Shown here in pieces: positions 61,453 through 64,000 of a stretch of DNA of 64,000 bases. The stretch is from assembly GCF_037042905.1 (NCBI RefSeq), contig NC_087249.1, positions 15,872,001-15,936,000 of the forward strand, written 5' to 3'. The notes beneath the pieces were generated by a model. It was not told the origin of the DNA. It made no database searches and was given only the letters and a program-made list of their open reading frames with translations. The first letter of the stretch is position 1. Each line of letters opens with the position of its first letter. This DNA comes from Lytechinus pictus (Eukaryota). A program made the position numbers and the translations under genes.

Positions 61453-62896
61453 GAGAGGCGTAACTACGGGGGGCACGCGTGCCCCCCCCCCCCCCAAAAA
61501 AAAAGGGGGGGGGGAAGAAGAAAAAAGGGAGAAAGACAGAAAAACGTCGTGGGGGGAGAATAAATTATTGTATATTTTATTATGCTATATCATATTAGAT
61601 AAAAAAAAATTTTCATAACTTTATGAAAAATAAATTCAGTAGGCCATAGAGCTTATGGGTAAAATGCCAATTCGTCTACTGCAAACTCGTCCACTCACCA
61701 CATGGTCTACTTTCATTTAGTCTAATGCCTTTACGTCAATCCTTATTTCGTCTAAAGACCATTTGGTCCATTAACCATTTTGGTCCAATCGTCACTTGGT
61801 CTAATCACCATTTCGTCTTTTACCATTTCGTCTAATGACCAGTTATTCTAATATCAATTCCATTTTCATTCATTTTGCACAATTTAGCCCTTAGTCCAAA
61901 TAAACCAAATGGTATATGGACTAAATGGCTATTGAACCAACTGGTTATCATACAGAAAGGCATCAGACATGTGCGGATGAGCTGATGGTAGACCATATGA
62001 CAGTAGATGAGTTGGCAAGTATTGGACGAATTGGCATTAGACAAATCTGAAATACACCGGGCTTATGAGTTCATCAATCCTGGTGCTCATTGTCAGTTTA
62101 ATAAAATAATCCAGCTGTAATAGAATATCCCGTTTTCAAGTTAAAATGCACCAAATATATTTCCTCGCACTTCGAGTTCTTATTGCATTATGTAGTGACA
62201 TGTTCTTCTTTTTCATGACTAGGCCTACTCAAAGTGGTTGCCCCTTTTTAAGGTTTGAATATAAAACATTTCCATTCCGTGATTACGTTCACATTAGTGG
62301 ATTGGTGAGATACGTCTGTTCTTCATTATTTCCTAAAAACAGTCACAATTGTCTTTTTGGGTGAATATATCAACAATTTTCAGCTCGCGCTTCGCGCTCG
62401 AATTTTTAAGTTAGTATGCATATGGTCTTAGTGAATTCCTACAAATAAGCCTTAGAATGCACCTCTTTAGGTCTGAATTTCAAATATTTTCAGCTCGCAC
62501 ATCGTGCTTGCATCATTTAGTAAGTGAAATACGTATCTTTTCATGATTGAAATGACTACAAAAAGTGTTTCATGTGTTTAGGTGTAATTCTATCAAAATC
62601 AGCAAGTGCTTGGCGCTCGCGTTAGATGACTATGACGAGATATGTATGCTCTTTATAATTTCCTAAAAGAAAGTCCTTAAATGTCGTTTTGGGGTCAATA
62701 TATACAAACATTTTCAGCTCGTCCTTCGCGCTCGCGTTATTTGGTAAGTGAGATAACTATACGTTTAATGGCACAGTCCTTAAAATGTCTCTATTAGGTC
62801 AGTATACCTGGCATTTACACGCGCTTCGCGCCCACTAAGTGACTAAAAAATTTGCTGGGGGGGGGGGGGCATGCCTCGACCCACGGTACGCCACTG
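61453..62896. mobile_element. hAT-like non-autonomous element
   Basis: 8-bp TSD TGTGAAAT; ends GAGAGGCGTAAC / GTACGCCACTG. Confidence 0.8.
61658..62058. mobile_element. MULE-like MITE nested in the hAT element
   Basis: 9-bp TSD G(A/G)GCTTATG; GGT...ACC ends; internal TCGTCTA/TAGA inverted motifs. Confidence 0.7.
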
Positions 62897-64000
62897 TGTG
62901 AAATAATATCAAAGTGTCTATTCAGGCCAAACCTCAACTCAAACACATCAAGATTTACACATATTTGTGGTTCATTTTATCATGGGCTGGAAAGACGGCT
63001 CGGTGTAAAAACGGCAGAGGTATAAATGGCCAGTCTGAAACTCCCATGCCAAAAAATCCAAAAGCCCCTCCATGTACAGTTGATTAAATAAGAAAGGTTC
63101 TGAGAAGAAAATAAGAATTATAATGTTGGACTAATGGAAAGGGTAACATTTTTAAATCATACTTTGGATCTTCTGAGTCAAATCGATAACACCTGAGTTG
63201 GTATTACTTATTTTTTTCTTGGACTTACATGCACGGCCCTCTCTTGTCGAATCGCTCTTCTAATATTCAAATTTGAAGCACACTTTAAATCCCAAGTATT
63301 GTACTTAATTCATTGAAGGGGAAATTCACCCTGACATATTAAGTGTATTGTAAAAATAGCAGAAGATAGTTAAAATGAAATTGATGAGGGTTTTAAAGAT
63401 TTAAAAAGCTATTAGAATTTTATTTTTTAATGGTGACGTCATTTGCGAGCAGTTTTTCCCACATATGATGTAATAAAAATTTCAATGAAATGTCATTTTC
63501 TTAAAAAAAAAAAAATAGTTTTTATTGTACCTTGAGTATATCAACATACAAATCATTTCACATCAGCTCCTGAAAGATTTGTATGTTGATATACTTAAGG
63601 TACAATAACATACAAATCATTTCACATCCGTTCCTGAAACATTTTTTTAGCATGTCATGATCTTTACCTCTGTCATTTTTGCCTCTGCCACCTTTACCTC
63701 GATCTGCCATTTTTAACTCCGTCACTTTACCTCTACCATTATTACCTCCACGGGGGCAGTCATATTTATTGCTGTACACATGCGTAACCAAATTATTTCC
63801 AGACACCCCCTACACGAGTTTTTTTTTGTGTGTAAGATATACCCCTAATCAAGTTTTCGGTGGCTTCATTTACAAATTTCGGCCCCTAAACAAATTTTCG
63901 CCAGAATTAATATGACCCCTAAAAATTTTCACGATCCGTTTTCCCGTTTCTCTTATCTCTAGCTGCCAATTTTACCTCTAGCTGCCATTTTTACCTCTGC

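Noticed and set aside
57773-64000. Calling the gene a selectin
   Set aside because: No C-type lectin exon was found, and the EGF/SEA order differs from selectins.

Overview
AT-rich, intron-rich animal genomic DNA. The repeat families and SINE structure look echinoid (sea-urchin-like), which is an inference. The main feature is a ~27-exon minus-strand gene (58695->27070, ~1,420 aa if indels are repaired) reconstructed by hand from splice sites. It encodes a type I membrane protein with this order: leader with RRRRRR, 14 selectin-type six-Cys Sushi/CCP modules (each on its own phase 1-1 exon), 4 EGF/EB-like modules, SEA, Ca-binding EGF, TM, and a Tyr-motif tail ending in ITSM-like TIYNSI and TIYE*. 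The CCP array is expanding by unequal crossover, with a 1.71-kb three-exon duplication, a chimeric exon and a single-exon duplication. It also holds two frameshifted exons and one half-exon, so it may be a cassette-spliced variable-length receptor, a decaying allele, or partly assembly error. Intron 2 carries a Helitron-like satellite with ten co-oriented CTCF-like motifs. The rest is nested transposons (L2, RTE, tRNA-SINE, hAT, piggyBac, Kolobok, Sola2, Academ, Tc1, MULE and Helentron-like elements, plus a dead Harbinger transposase), two N gaps, and weak traces of two other genes.
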